In this document: one piece after another, positions 45,770 through 56,114 of the stretch | Layout: the number at the start of each line of letters is the position of its first letter | Position numbering within the stretch: the stretch's first letter is position 1 | Assembly: GCA_964540635.1 (NCBI GenBank) | Contig: CAZINP010000003.1 | Location: 43,892-107,891, forward strand | Length of the DNA stretch: 64,000 nt | Reading direction: 5' to 3' | Source: an uncultured Gammaproteobacteria bacterium | GTDB taxonomy: Bacteria > Patescibacteriota > Patescibacteriia > Buchananbacterales > UBA6539 | The notes under the pieces: generated by a model | Told to the model about the DNA's origin: nothing | The model's input: the letters and a program-made list of their open reading frames with translations, nothing else | Databases searched by the model: none | Translations under genes and position numbers: made by a program

Positions 45770-47002
45770 ATGGCAGAAAATGATATCATTGCTGGTTTAG
45801 ACATCGGCTCATCGGCAATTCGAATTGCGGTGGGTCAGGTTGTCGGTGATCAGGAAAAAATTCAAATTATCGGTTCGGCCGAAGTGCCGGCTGAGGGCAT
45901 TTCAAAGGGGATAATCTCTAGCATTGAAGATGCGGTTTCTTGCATTTCTGCCTGTCGGGAAAAGGCCGAAAGAATGACCGGCGCTTCTGTTGATAGTGTT
46001 TGGGCTGGTGTTTCCGGTTCTCATATAATTTCTCAAGAAAGCCATGGTACGGTTGCGGTTTCGCGCTCAGACGGGGAAATATCCGAAGACGACGTAGAGC
46101 GCGCCGTAGAAGCGGCCAGAACCGTTGCTACACCTCAAAATTACGAAATATTGCACGTTATTCCTAAGAATTTTACGGTTGACGGCCAAGGTGGCATAAA
46201 AGATCCGGTTGGCATGACCGGCGTTAGATTAGAGGTTGACACTCAGATTATTCAGGGTCTAAGTTCGCAGATTAAAAACATTTCAAAAGCGGTTTATCGT
46301 CCGGGTTTACAGGTTCAGGATTTGGTTTTATCAATCTTGGCAACCGGTGAAGCCGTTTTATCAAATCGCCAAAAAGAATTGGGCGTGGCCGTTATTAACA
46401 TCGGTGGTTCCACGACCAGTTTGGCGATTTTTGAAGAAGGCGATATTTTACACACTACGGTTTTGCCCATTGGTTCCGATCATATCACTTCTGATATTGC
46501 TATTGGTTTGCGCATCCCGATTGATTTGGCCGAAAAAATAAAATTAGAATATGGTACAGCTGATTCCGAAGGTATCTCCAAAAGAGAGGAAATTGATATT
46601 GGTGCCTTGGAGGGAGGAGAGGCCAATTATGTTTCCAGAAAGTATATTGGTGAGATTACTGAGGCTAGAGTTGAAGAGATTTTTGAAAAGATTGACAACG
46701 AGTTGAAAAAGATTGATAAGAGTGGTAAACTACCCGCAGGCATTGTTTTAACCGGTGGTGGCGCTAAGCTAAATGGCCTGGTTGAAGCCGCTAAAAAATA
46801 CTTAAGGTTGCCGGCAGTTATGGGTCAACCGGTTAATGTTACAAGCGCGATTGATAAAGTGGGCGATCCGGCCTTTGCTACTGTTATTGGTTTGGTTTTG
46901 TGGGGCAAGCAGATGCAAGGTCAGGGTGGAGGAGGCGGGTTGAATAAATTTTTTGAACAGTTGCCCGGTTTAGGTAAAATTAAAAAACTTTTTAGAAAAT
47001 AA
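45770..47002 (+). CDS. ftsA: cell division protein FtsA
   Basis: Actin-like ATPase N-terminus IIAGLDIGSSAIRIAVG; ftsA-ftsZ synteny. Confidence 0.9.
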   Translation: MAENDIIAGLDIGSSAIRIAVGQVVGDQEKIQIIGSAEVPAEGISKGIISSIEDAVSCISACREKAERMTGASVDSVWAGVSGSHIISQESHGTVAVSRSDGEISEDDVERAVEAARTVATPQNYEILHVIPKNFTVDGQGGIKDPVGMTGVRLEVDTQIIQGLSSQIKNISKAVYRPGLQVQDLVLSILATGEAVLSNRQKELGVAVINIGGSTTSLAIFEEGDILHTTVLPIGSDHITSDIAIGLRIPIDLAEKIKLEYGTADSEGISKREEIDIGALEGGEANYVSRKYIGEITEARVEEIFEKIDNELKKIDKSGKLPAGIVLTGGGAKLNGLVEAAKKYLRLPAVMGQPVNVTSAIDKVGDPAFATVIGLVLWGKQMQGQGGGGGLNKFFEQLPGLGKIKKLFRK

Positions 47003-47026
47003 TACTTATCAAAATATTTTGTTAAT

Positions 47027-48220
47027 ATGGCTGAAATCAAACCAGAAATAGAAACATTTGCTAAAATTAAAGTAATTGGTGTTGGCGGAGCCGGAAATTC
47101 GGCGGTCAACAGAATGGTGAAAGCCAATATTCGTGGCGTTGAATTCATGGCCATTAACACGGACGTTCAAGCCCTACATCAATCTCAGGCTCAGACCAAG
47201 CTTCATATTGGTAAGATGACCTCGCGCGGTTTGGGTGCTGGTATGGATCCGGAAGTTGGCGCCAAGGCAGCCGAGGAAAGTCAGAATGAAATTAGGGAGT
47301 TAATCAAAGGATCAGATATGGTTTTTATTACTTGTGGTTTGGGTGGCGGTACCGGCACGGGTGCTTCGCCGATTGTGGCCAATATTGCCAAAGAGTCCGG
47401 CGCTCTAACAATTGCCGTTGTTACCAGGCCATTTGAGTTTGAAGGCCCGATTAGAAATGATATTGCGGAAAGAGGCTTTAATGTTTTGCGTGATCGGGTG
47501 GATGCAATTGTGACCATTCCCAATGATCGTATTTTGCAAATTATTGATAAAAAGACTTCAATGGTTGATTCGTTTAAGATTTGCGATGATGTCCTAAAGC
47601 AGGGTGTGGCAGGCATTGCTGAAATTATTACCATCCCGGGATTAATCAATGTTGATTTCGCTGACGTTAAAACAATCATGAAAGATACCGGCTCAGCCTT
47701 GATGGGCATTGGCACGGGCACAGGTGAGAATCGCGCCACGGATGCGGCCAGAGCGGCAATTTCTTCTCCCTTGCTTGAGCTTTCCATTGAGGGTGCCAAG
47801 GGAATTCTGTTTATGATAACCGGCGGGCCGGATATGGGTATGCACGAAGTCAGCGAAGCGGCCAAAGTTATCACCCAATCGGCCGATCCAAACGCCAAAG
47901 TTATTTTTGGCGCCAATATTAGCGAAAACATGAAGGATGAGATAAAAATTACTGTTATTGCTACTGGTTTTAACCAGAGAGAAGTGCGCGGCACCCCCCA
48001 AGCCTTTAAGATGCCTGAGGTTCAGCCAAGCCAACCGCAGCCGACTTATATTCCGCCGGAGTTTAGCTCTGCGCCAAGCCAACCTGCCGTGGCGCCGGTT
48101 AGTCCGATTACCAGAATTGCCAAAAAAGTTGCCAAAAAACCTGATTTATCCGAAATTAATGTCTCTGAGGGTGATGATGAATTAGAGATCCCGGCTTTTA
48201 TTAGAAAAAAAATGAAATAA
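47027..48220 (+). CDS. ftsZ: cell division protein FtsZ
   Basis: GVGGAGNSAVNRM and tubulin signature GGGTGTGASP. Confidence 0.95.
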   Translation: MAEIKPEIETFAKIKVIGVGGAGNSAVNRMVKANIRGVEFMAINTDVQALHQSQAQTKLHIGKMTSRGLGAGMDPEVGAKAAEESQNEIRELIKGSDMVFITCGLGGGTGTGASPIVANIAKESGALTIAVVTRPFEFEGPIRNDIAERGFNVLRDRVDAIVTIPNDRILQIIDKKTSMVDSFKICDDVLKQGVAGIAEIITIPGLINVDFADVKTIMKDTGSALMGIGTGTGENRATDAARAAISSPLLELSIEGAKGILFMITGGPDMGMHEVSEAAKVITQSADPNAKVIFGANISENMKDEIKITVIATGFNQREVRGTPQAFKMPEVQPSQPQPTYIPPEFSSAPSQPAVAPVSPITRIAKKVAKKPDLSEINVSEGDDELEIPAFIRKKMK

Positions 48221-48330
48221 AATTTGAGTTAGTGAACAAAAAAACAACAAAAAACTTCACTAATTTTAGGAACAAAAATAAACACACACTGAAAAACAAA
48301 AAGGGTTGATGTTGAAAATTTTAAATAAGG

Positions 48331-48352
48331 CAAAGACTATGTCTTATTTTTT
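48331..48352 (+). terminator. rho-independent terminator after ftsZ
   Basis: aagac-tat-gtctt followed by T6. Confidence 0.5.
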
Positions 48353-48399
48353 AGTCGCTTAAATTCATAAAATAACTATAAAAATTAAGATAAAAAGAT

Positions 48400-50748
48400 A
48401 TGATTTTGGGAATCGGAGAATCAAAACTAAAACTTTCAAAAAACGCTTTAACTGTCTTGGAGAGTCGTTATTTGCTTAAGGATGAAAAAGGCAAGGTAAT
48501 TGAAAAGCCAATGGAAATGTTTAAGCGCGTTTCCTCTTATATAATACAAGCTGAAGACAAATATAATTTATCCAAAGAACGCAAGGAAGAATTGGAAAAA
48601 GCGTTTTTGGAAATAATGACCAATTTGGAGTTTTTACCAAATAGCCCGACTTTTACCGGTGCCGGTACGGCCTTGGGCCAACTTTCTGCCTGTTTTGTTT
48701 TGCCGGTTGGCGACTCAATGGAAGAAATATTTTCAGCTATAAAAAATACCGCCTTAATCCACAAGTCCGGCGGGGGAACCGGCTTCTCATTCTCTCGGCT
48801 TCGTCCGTCAAATGATCCGGTTAGATCAACAAGCGGCGTGGCTTCCGGTCCGATTTCATTCATGGCAGTATTTGATGCGGCCACCGAAACCATCAAACAG
48901 GGCGGAACCAGGCGTGGTGCCAATATGGGCATTCTACGTGTTGATCATCCGGATATTTTACATTTCATTACCTGCAAGGAAGACAGTAACAAATTAAACA
49001 ATTTTAACATTTCCGTCGCCATCACCGATAAGTTCATGACCGCCATGGAGAGCAACGATGAATATGAATTAGTTAATCCTCATGATGGCAAAGTTGCAAT
49101 CAAGCTAAAGGCTCGCGAAGTTTGGGATAAAATTGTTGACCATGCTTGGCGCAACGGTGATCCGGGTATAATTTTTATTGATCGGATTAACAAATACAAC
49201 CCAACTCCGCATGTGGGTGAAATCGAAAGCACCAACCCTTGCGGGGAACAGCCTCTCTTGCCCTATGAATCTTGTAATTTGGGTTCAATTAATTTGGCCA
49301 AATTAATTAAAGATGGTCAGGTTGACTGGGACAGACTCGGCGATGTTGTAAAAATTGCTGTACGATTTTTGGACGATGTGATTGACATGAATTCTTATCC
49401 AATTCCAGAGATTGATAAAACAACAAAATCAAACCGAAAAATCGGTTTAGGAGTAATGGGTTGGGCAGATATGTTAATGATGCTTGGCATTCCCTATAAC
49501 TCCAACGAGGCGATTGATTTGGCTGAAAAGGTTATGAGATATATTAAAGAAATTGCCGATAAAACCTCAACAATTTTAGCCAAAGAAAAAGGCGTTTTCC
49601 CTAATTTTGAAGGCAGTATTTATGACACTCCAGAATCAGCCGGCATGAGAAATGCCACCAGAACCACTATTGCTCCAACCGGCACTTTAAGTATTATTGC
49701 CGCTTGCTCTTCCGGTATTGAGCCGCTTTTTGCCTTAGCTTATGTGCGCAAATCTCATATTGGCAAAAAGGGCGGCGACGAATGGGTTGAATTGGTTGAA
49801 GTCAATCCGTATTTTGAGGAAGTAGCCAGAGAGCGTGGTTTTTACAGCAAAGAATTAATGGATAAAATTGCCAAAGAAGGTTCAATTAAAGACATTCCCG
49901 AAGTGCCGGAAGATATCAAAAAGATTTTTGTTACTTCTCATGATATTACGCCCGAGTGGCATATCAGAATGCAGGCGGCGTTTCAGAAGTATGTTGATAA
50001 TGCGGTTTCTAAAACGGTTAATTTTCCGCACTCGGCCACCAGAGAGGATATTGCCAAATCCTATTTGCTTTCGTATGAAACCGGTTGCAAGGGCGTAACA
50101 ATTTATCGCGATGGCAGCCGCGATGTTCAGGTTTTAACAACCGGCAAATCTCATGGCCAAGAAAAATCGGGGCAAAATTTACCCGCCGTTTCCTTAACCA
50201 AACGCGAGAGACCCGTGGCCATGAAGGGCACAACCTATAAAATCAATACTTCATATGGTGATTTATATGTAACTATTAATGACGATGATTCCGGTCGTCC
50301 GTTTGAGGTCTTTGCCACGATCGGTAAGGCCGGCGGTTTTTTCTCGGCCAAATCAGAAGGTATTTGCCGCCTGGTTTCTTTGGCTTTAAGGTCAGGCATT
50401 CCGGCCGAAGATGTCATTAGACAAATTAAAGGTATTCGTGGGCCAATGCCGTCTTGGACCGAATGGGGGATGGTTTTATCTTTGCCGGATGCTGTTGCTC
50501 AGATAATGGAGCACCATATTACAAAAAATCAGCCGAAACTTGATTTGGAATTTCATAATAAATCCGAAGAAGAAAAGCAATCAGCTGGCAATCAATCAGC
50601 CCCAAAGCCAAACGGCAATGGTTTGAATATCAAACGCTCAATTGCGGATATCGGCGCAGCGCCAGAATGCCCGGAGTGCGGTAATGTTCTAGAGATTGCC
50701 GAGGGTTGCTTAAAATGCCAATCTTGCGGCTATTCCAAGTGCGGCTAA
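48400..50748 (+). CDS. nrdJ: class II adenosylcobalamin-dependent ribonucleotide reductase
   Basis: NPCGEQPLLPYESCNLGSINL active-site region and a C-terminal zinc-ribbon CPECG...CLKCQSCG; 782 aa. Confidence 0.9.
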   Translation: MILGIGESKLKLSKNALTVLESRYLLKDEKGKVIEKPMEMFKRVSSYIIQAEDKYNLSKERKEELEKAFLEIMTNLEFLPNSPTFTGAGTALGQLSACFVLPVGDSMEEIFSAIKNTALIHKSGGGTGFSFSRLRPSNDPVRSTSGVASGPISFMAVFDAATETIKQGGTRRGANMGILRVDHPDILHFITCKEDSNKLNNFNISVAITDKFMTAMESNDEYELVNPHDGKVAIKLKAREVWDKIVDHAWRNGDPGIIFIDRINKYNPTPHVGEIESTNPCGEQPLLPYESCNLGSINLAKLIKDGQVDWDRLGDVVKIAVRFLDDVIDMNSYPIPEIDKTTKSNRKIGLGVMGWADMLMMLGIPYNSNEAIDLAEKVMRYIKEIADKTSTILAKEKGVFPNFEGSIYDTPESAGMRNATRTTIAPTGTLSIIAACSSGIEPLFALAYVRKSHIGKKGGDEWVELVEVNPYFEEVARERGFYSKELMDKIAKEGSIKDIPEVPEDIKKIFVTSHDITPEWHIRMQAAFQKYVDNAVSKTVNFPHSATREDIAKSYLLSYETGCKGVTIYRDGSRDVQVLTTGKSHGQEKSGQNLPAVSLTKRERPVAMKGTTYKINTSYGDLYVTINDDDSGRPFEVFATIGKAGGFFSAKSEGICRLVSLALRSGIPAEDVIRQIKGIRGPMPSWTEWGMVLSLPDAVAQIMEHHITKNQPKLDLEFHNKSEEEKQSAGNQSAPKPNGNGLNIKRSIADIGAAPECPECGNVLEIAEGCLKCQSCGYSKCG

Positions 50749-50932
50749 TCTGAAAAAAATAACAATAACTTTCAATAATCCCGGACAGTTTTGCCCGGGA
50801 TTATTTAATGAAAAAAATCATCTTTTGTGTTATAATAAAAACATAAAAATTAAAATAAATTTAATCCCTGCCAGGACGCAAATTAAGGGGTGGCTTCAGG
50901 GCTAAAAAATTTTTAGCCGAAAAAAATAATTT

Positions 50933-53485
50933 ATGAACAGCCAAAATATTTTTGGAAAATATTGGGAATTTGACAGCAATAAAACGCTAAAAATTTTTAA
51001 TACCAGTACGCAGGGGATTACAGAAAAAGAAATCGCTTCAAGAAGAAAAAAATTTGGTTCCAATGAAATTAAATCCCAAAAACAGCGATCTGCTTTAAAG
51101 ATTTTGCTTTCACAATTTTCAAGTCCGCTTTTGATTATTCTTTTGGTTGCTGCGCTTGTTTCGGGATTTTTGGGAGAATTTTTTTCAACAACAATAATCA
51201 TTTTAATGATTATTTTTTCGGCGATCATTTCTTTTTTTCAGGAGTACAGAAGTGAAAAAACCGTTCAGTTGCTTAAAAAAAAGGTGGCGCTTAAAACGCA
51301 AGTGATTCGCCACAATAAGACTCGTCAAATTCTAGCCAGCGATTTGGTGGTAGGAGATATTGTCAGTTTATTGTCCGGCACAGTCATCCCGGCAGATTTG
51401 AGAATTATTCAAAGTGATGAATTAACGATAAACGAGTCGGTTTTAACCGGAGAATCCTATCCGGTTCAAAAAAACTCTGAACCGCAAAGAGTAAAAGATT
51501 TTTTACCTCAGGCGATGAACAATTTAGCCTTTGCCGGCACGCATGTGGTTTCCGGTTCAGGCTTGGGCGTGGTGGTGGCCGTGGGTGCAAAAACTGAATT
51601 TGGCAAAACCGCTGCTTTATTGGGCGCACAACAAACGCCTTCACAATTTCAAAAAGGAGTTTCTGATTTTGGTATTTTTCTTTTTAAAATCATCGTGGTT
51701 TTTTCCTTGATGGTTTTTTTGTTTTTGGCAATCTTTAGAGGGAATTGGCTGGCCTCATTGATGTTTTCTTTATCAATTGCCGTTGGTATATCACCTGAAC
51801 TTTTGCCTTTGATTATCACCATAAATCTTTCCAAAGCCGCCAGGTTGATGGCAAAAAATCATGTTATTGTTAAAAGATTAATGGCCATTGAGAACTTAGG
51901 CAATGCTGATATTTTATGCACGGATAAGACCGGAACCCTAACGGAAGGCAAAGTGTTTTTACGAGATTTTTTCAATTTTGAAGGCAAGAAGGACTTAAAA
52001 CTTTTGACTTTTGCAAATTTATGCAACTGTTATAATTTTACCAAAGCTGATTGCCATAATATTTTGGACGATGCGGTTATTGAGTTTGTGAAGAAGAATA
52101 AATATGGCAAAAAATTAATTAAAGAATATAAATTTATCGACGACGTTGCTTTTGATTTCGATCGTCGTCGCATGAGCGCCATTGTTCAAAATAAAGAAAG
52201 ATTGATTATTACCAAGGGCGCTGACGAGGAAATGCTTTCTGTTTGTACTCATGTGGAAATAAATGAAAGAGTTGCTCCAATTAACGCACATTTGAAAAAA
52301 ATCAAAGCTAAAATAAAAGAACAGGAAAGTTGCGGTTTGAAAACATTGCTTTTAGCCTACAGGGAAATTGAAGTTAAAGATAAATATTCTACCGAAGACG
52401 AAAAAGATTTAATCTTATCCGGGTATTTGGTTTTTGCCGACCCGCCTAAAAAGTCAGCGGCCAAATCTCTGGAGATGTTTAGGCAAATGGGGGTTCATAT
52501 AAAATTAATTACCGGAGACACCGAAGAGTCAGCAAAATTTTTAGCCAAGGAGACGGGATTTTTGTATGCCAAAACAATCTCCGGGCAAAAATTGCAAAAA
52601 TTTAAAACGGAAAAATTTAATCAAGCGGTTTCTGATTATGATATTTTTGCCAAAGCCACGCCTGAATTAAAATTACGTATTATTAAGGCCTTAAAAGAAA
52701 AAGGTCATGCCGTTGCTTTTTTGGGCGATGGCATTAATGATGCCCCGGCCTTAAGGCAAGCTGATGTGGGCATCTCGGTTGACAGCGCGACGGATGTGGC
52801 CAAGGAGGCAGCAGATGTTATTTTGTTAAAGAAAAATTTGCAGGTGTTAATTGGCGGCATAATTGAGGGTCGAAAAACCTTTGGCAACACGCTTAAGTAT
52901 ATTTTTTGCACCATCTCTTCAAATTACGGTAATATGTTTTCTGTTGTTGGCGCGTCAATTTTATTGCCATTTATTCCTTTATTGCCGGTTCAAGTTTTAC
53001 TTCTAAATTTTTTAAGCGATTTTCCACTTTTGGCAATTTCCACGGACCGGGTGGACGAAGAATATTTAAAAAAACCGAAGCAATGGGACATAAAGAAAAT
53101 TAAAAAGTTTATGAATTACTTCGGACTTATCAGCTCCGCTTTTGATTTTCTGACTTTTGGTTTTTTACTTTTTATTGTCAAAGCTTCCATGCCGCTTTTT
53201 CAGGTTGGTTGGTTTTGGCAGTCATTTCTAACAGAGGTGCTTTTGATTTTCGTAATCAGAACCCGAAAGTGGTTTTTTAGATCAAGACCGTCAAACGGTT
53301 TAATTACGGCTTTTTTAATAACCATTTTGATTGTTTTGGCAATAATGTATACGCCGTTGGCCGATTATTTCGGTTTTGCGATAATGCCCCTTTGGGTTAA
53401 TTTAACAATGATTGCCATGGGCTTTGGCTATTTCTTCGTGGTTGAATTGGGCAAGAAGGCATTTTATCGTAAATATGACATTTGA
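50933..53485 (+). CDS. cation-transporting P-type ATPase (MgtA/Ca-type like)
   Basis: TGES, DKTGTLT phosphorylation site, TGD, GDGINDAPAL; about 10 TM helices. Confidence 0.8.
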   Translation: MNSQNIFGKYWEFDSNKTLKIFNTSTQGITEKEIASRRKKFGSNEIKSQKQRSALKILLSQFSSPLLIILLVAALVSGFLGEFFSTTIIILMIIFSAIISFFQEYRSEKTVQLLKKKVALKTQVIRHNKTRQILASDLVVGDIVSLLSGTVIPADLRIIQSDELTINESVLTGESYPVQKNSEPQRVKDFLPQAMNNLAFAGTHVVSGSGLGVVVAVGAKTEFGKTAALLGAQQTPSQFQKGVSDFGIFLFKIIVVFSLMVFLFLAIFRGNWLASLMFSLSIAVGISPELLPLIITINLSKAARLMAKNHVIVKRLMAIENLGNADILCTDKTGTLTEGKVFLRDFFNFEGKKDLKLLTFANLCNCYNFTKADCHNILDDAVIEFVKKNKYGKKLIKEYKFIDDVAFDFDRRRMSAIVQNKERLIITKGADEEMLSVCTHVEINERVAPINAHLKKIKAKIKEQESCGLKTLLLAYREIEVKDKYSTEDEKDLILSGYLVFADPPKKSAAKSLEMFRQMGVHIKLITGDTEESAKFLAKETGFLYAKTISGQKLQKFKTEKFNQAVSDYDIFAKATPELKLRIIKALKEKGHAVAFLGDGINDAPALRQADVGISVDSATDVAKEAADVILLKKNLQVLIGGIIEGRKTFGNTLKYIFCTISSNYGNMFSVVGASILLPFIPLLPVQVLLLNFLSDFPLLAISTDRVDEEYLKKPKQWDIKKIKKFMNYFGLISSAFDFLTFGFLLFIVKASMPLFQVGWFWQSFLTEVLLIFVIRTRKWFFRSRPSNGLITAFLITILIVLAIMYTPLADYFGFAIMPLWVNLTMIAMGFGYFFVVELGKKAFYRKYDI

Positions 53486-53519
53486 TTATTTTAGCGATTT
53501 GCGCTAAGTATTAATTTGT

Positions 53520-54041
53520 ATGAAAAAAGATTTGGGTAAAATACATGTTTATACCGGCAACGGTAAGGGCAAGACCACGGCGGCCTTAGGTTTGGCTTTG
53601 CGCGCCATTGGCGCCGGGTATAAGGTTTATATTATTCAGTTTTTGAAAGCCCAAGATTATAGTGAGTTAAAAAGTCTAAAGCCGCTTAAACAAATTACTC
53701 TCAAGCGCTTTGGTTTAAAATCTTTTATCGTCAAAGAAGCAAAATCTGCCGACAAGGTTTTAGCCAAAGAAGCCTTGAGTTGGTCAAAAAAAATATTACA
53801 AAGCAAAAAATTTGATCTGGTTATTTTAGATGAAATATTTTTAGCGACATTTTTTAAGCTTATTGATGTTAAGGATTTGATTAAGCTGATAAAACAAAAA
53901 CCAAAAGGCATTGAGCTTATTTTAACCGGCCGGCAAGCGCCAAAAGAAGCGATTGCTTTGGCCGATTACGTTACGGAAATGAAAGAAATTAAGCATCCAT
54001 ATCAAAATGGTCAGCTGGCCAGGAAGGGAATAGAGGATTAA
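53520..54041 (+). CDS. cobO: cob(I)alamin/corrinoid adenosyltransferase (CobO/BtuR family)
   Basis: P-loop GNGKGKTTAALGLALRAIGAGYKVYIIQFLK typical of the CobA/CobO/BtuR family; 173 aa. Confidence 0.75.
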   Translation: MKKDLGKIHVYTGNGKGKTTAALGLALRAIGAGYKVYIIQFLKAQDYSELKSLKPLKQITLKRFGLKSFIVKEAKSADKVLAKEALSWSKKILQSKKFDLVILDEIFLATFFKLIDVKDLIKLIKQKPKGIELILTGRQAPKEAIALADYVTEMKEIKHPYQNGQLARKGIED

Positions 54042-54093
54042 TTTTTTTGTGGATAAGTTATTTTTATAAAAAATTCTAGTTGTTTTGCCACAT

Positions 54094-54122
54094 TTGACAA
54101 CCCAAAATAAATAAACTAAAAT
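54094..54122 (+). promoter_or_regulatory. promoter TTGACA-N17-TAAAAT
   Basis: Consensus -35, 17-nt spacer, AT-rich -10. Confidence 0.45.
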
Positions 54123-54149
54123 TAAAAACACATTAAAAACTTGTTTGAA

Positions 54150-54334
54150 TTTTCCGAAGCGAGGTGAGAGTCCTCCACTGGTCCGCAACTGTGAAGTTTT
54201 AGCCAAAAGCTAAAAATAAGTCAGGTCGCGAAAATTCAGACGCTAACACTTAACTCTTCGAGATCAAGAGTTGGTGGCCTGGCCGTTTGTCGCGGCTTGT
54301 TGCCCCGACTCCCTCGAAAAAGGGAGATTTTTTT
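54150..54334 (+). promoter_or_regulatory. candidate cobalamin riboswitch with SD-sequestering intrinsic terminator
   Basis: cGAAGCGAGGTGAGAGTCC resembles the AGGGAAgccGGTGAAAATCC core. cCACTGGTCCGCAACTGTGAAG resembles GGTCCCGCCACTGTaa. A B12-box-like AGTCAGG follows. The platform hairpin ctccct-cgaaaa-agggag + T7 abuts the ATG, and the SD (agggag) is its 3' arm. Confidence 0.45.
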
Positions 54335-56113
54335 ATGAAAAAAAGCAAAGTTTTGCTTTTGGGCCTAGCCCTAATGCTTTTGCCCATTAATCCGGCAGTG
54401 GTTTTGGCTGATTTACCGTCAGGCGTTTCCTATCTGCAATCGGCCACACAAGACGCTTGGACAACTCAAGCTTTGGCGGCGGCCAATCAAACGAATTTAA
54501 GTTTGGCGCATTTGCAGTCGGTTTCCGGAAGTTTGGCCACTGATTACGCTAAAGCGATTTTAGCTTTGGCTTCAGCCGGAGAAGATCCAAAAACTTTTGG
54601 TAATATTGATTATGTTGCCAAATTAAAAACCTATTACAATAATAATCAATTTGGTGATGCCGGTTTAATTAACGACGATATTTGGTCGCTATTGGCTTTG
54701 GCGGCCGTAAGGGATACAGCCGGTCAAGATTTTATTGATGCAAAGAATTATATTCTCAATCATCAAAACAGTGATGGCGGCTGGTCTTATGCCGCTTCTG
54801 GATCAAGCGACAGCAATGATACGGCCGCGGCCATTATCGCTTTGGTTGAAGCCGGTTATGATTCTTCAAGCCAAGAGGTTGCGGCGGGAATCGATTATTT
54901 AAGAACTACTCAAAATTCCGACGGTGGTTTTGGTTATGATACATCTTCTGACTCTGATTCTGGATCTGACTCTTGGGTAATTGCGGCCTTGAACAAATTA
55001 AATATTCAAGCCAACACTTGGGAAAAAGACGGCAATGATCCGATTGAGCATTTAAATTCGTTGCAAGATACTGATGGCGGCTTCTGGTGGGTAAAGCCAG
55101 GTACTTCTGATTTTAATAATAAAGCGATGACTGCTTATGCTGTAATTGCTTTGTCCGGGAAGTCATTTCCGGTTGGTTATTATCAATTGGCAGTCAGCAA
55201 TGATTTTTATTTGAGAGTGGAGGGGAGTGCAGGTCAAATTTGTGAAACAGAAGTTGCCGGTCAAACGGCGTTGGATTTAATTAAGAATGCCGCTGAAGAA
55301 TGTAATTATACCTATACAATTACTCAGGAAAGCTTTGGGCCTTATTTGCGCGCAATTAATTCCGAAGAAGCGCAAGGACTGGATGGTTGGCTTTATTTTG
55401 TCAACGATTCTTCGCCGGCCGTGGGCGCGGCTGATTATGTCTTGGCTGCCGGTGATAAGGTTTTGTTTTATTATGGTCAGTGGGGCTGGAATCCAACCAA
55501 ATTGATTTTATCTGCTCAAGATATTGAAGTCGGCCAGAGTGTTCAGGTTCAGGCCAAATATTTTAATGGTACAAACTGGCTTCCTTTACCCGAGGCGACA
55601 ATTTACGTTAACAACACTTCGCGCCAGGCTGATTCAGCGGGTGGGTTGACTTTAACCTTTGAGCAAAATGGCATTAATCAAATTTGGCTTGATACGCCGG
55701 AATTTGTGCGCAGCGCTAAATATAAAATCCAAGTGGGCGCCGGTGTTTCCCAAGCCGTTGGTTTGCAGGCTGAAATTGATCAAGCCGGATCGATTTTGGG
55801 TGATTCAATCGGGCTGGAAGTTGTCCCGGGAAATCTTGATTTTGGACGCCTAAAACCCGGCCAGAGCTTATCTCAGACTTTGGTTCTCAGAAACGTTGGG
55901 CAAAGCCAAATTGAAGTTGGTGCCAATGTTACCGGCGATGATTTATTTGTAAATCAGATAAAAATTAACAGTATTTCCCCCAATCAATTTTTGGAAACAA
56001 TTGACTATGCTGATCAAAAAGAAGTGGTAATCGGTTTTGCGGTTCCGGCCAGTTACGGCGGCAGCGGCGTTAAAACCGGTCAGATAATTTTTTGGGCGAC
56101 AAGCGCGAATTAA
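54335..56113 (+). CDS. secreted transcobalamin/BtuG-like protein: prenyltransferase-type alpha/alpha-toroid repeats + C-terminal DUF4430-like beta domain
   Basis: Signal peptide MKKSKVLLLGLALMLLPINPAVVLA; repeats QNSDGGWSYA...TAAAIIALVEAGY, QNSDGGFGYD, QDTDGGFWWV; C-terminus GLDGWLYFVNDSSPAVGAADYVLAAGDKVLFYYGQWGW. Confidence 0.55.
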   Translation: MKKSKVLLLGLALMLLPINPAVVLADLPSGVSYLQSATQDAWTTQALAAANQTNLSLAHLQSVSGSLATDYAKAILALASAGEDPKTFGNIDYVAKLKTYYNNNQFGDAGLINDDIWSLLALAAVRDTAGQDFIDAKNYILNHQNSDGGWSYAASGSSDSNDTAAAIIALVEAGYDSSSQEVAAGIDYLRTTQNSDGGFGYDTSSDSDSGSDSWVIAALNKLNIQANTWEKDGNDPIEHLNSLQDTDGGFWWVKPGTSDFNNKAMTAYAVIALSGKSFPVGYYQLAVSNDFYLRVEGSAGQICETEVAGQTALDLIKNAAEECNYTYTITQESFGPYLRAINSEEAQGLDGWLYFVNDSSPAVGAADYVLAAGDKVLFYYGQWGWNPTKLILSAQDIEVGQSVQVQAKYFNGTNWLPLPEATIYVNNTSRQADSAGGLTLTFEQNGINQIWLDTPEFVRSAKYKIQVGAGVSQAVGLQAEIDQAGSILGDSIGLEVVPGNLDFGRLKPGQSLSQTLVLRNVGQSQIEVGANVTGDDLFVNQIKINSISPNQFLETIDYADQKEVVIGFAVPASYGGSGVKTGQIIFWATSAN

Positions 56114-56114
56114 T

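Noticed and set aside
47281-47994. 237-aa minus-strand ORF antisense to ftsZ
   Set aside because: It fully overlaps the highly conserved ftsZ coding sequence on the other strand and carries no motif.
50749-50932. Possible Mg2+ (M-box) riboswitch upstream of the P-type ATPase
   Set aside because: The intergenic region is only ~180 nt. It mostly holds the nrdJ terminator hairpin and one short ccctg...caggg stem. It is too short and lacks M-box conserved segments.
54048-54056. Perfect DnaA box TGTGGATAA
   Set aside because: It is a single isolated box downstream of cobO with no clustering and no dnaA or dnaN nearby. It is not evidence for oriC.
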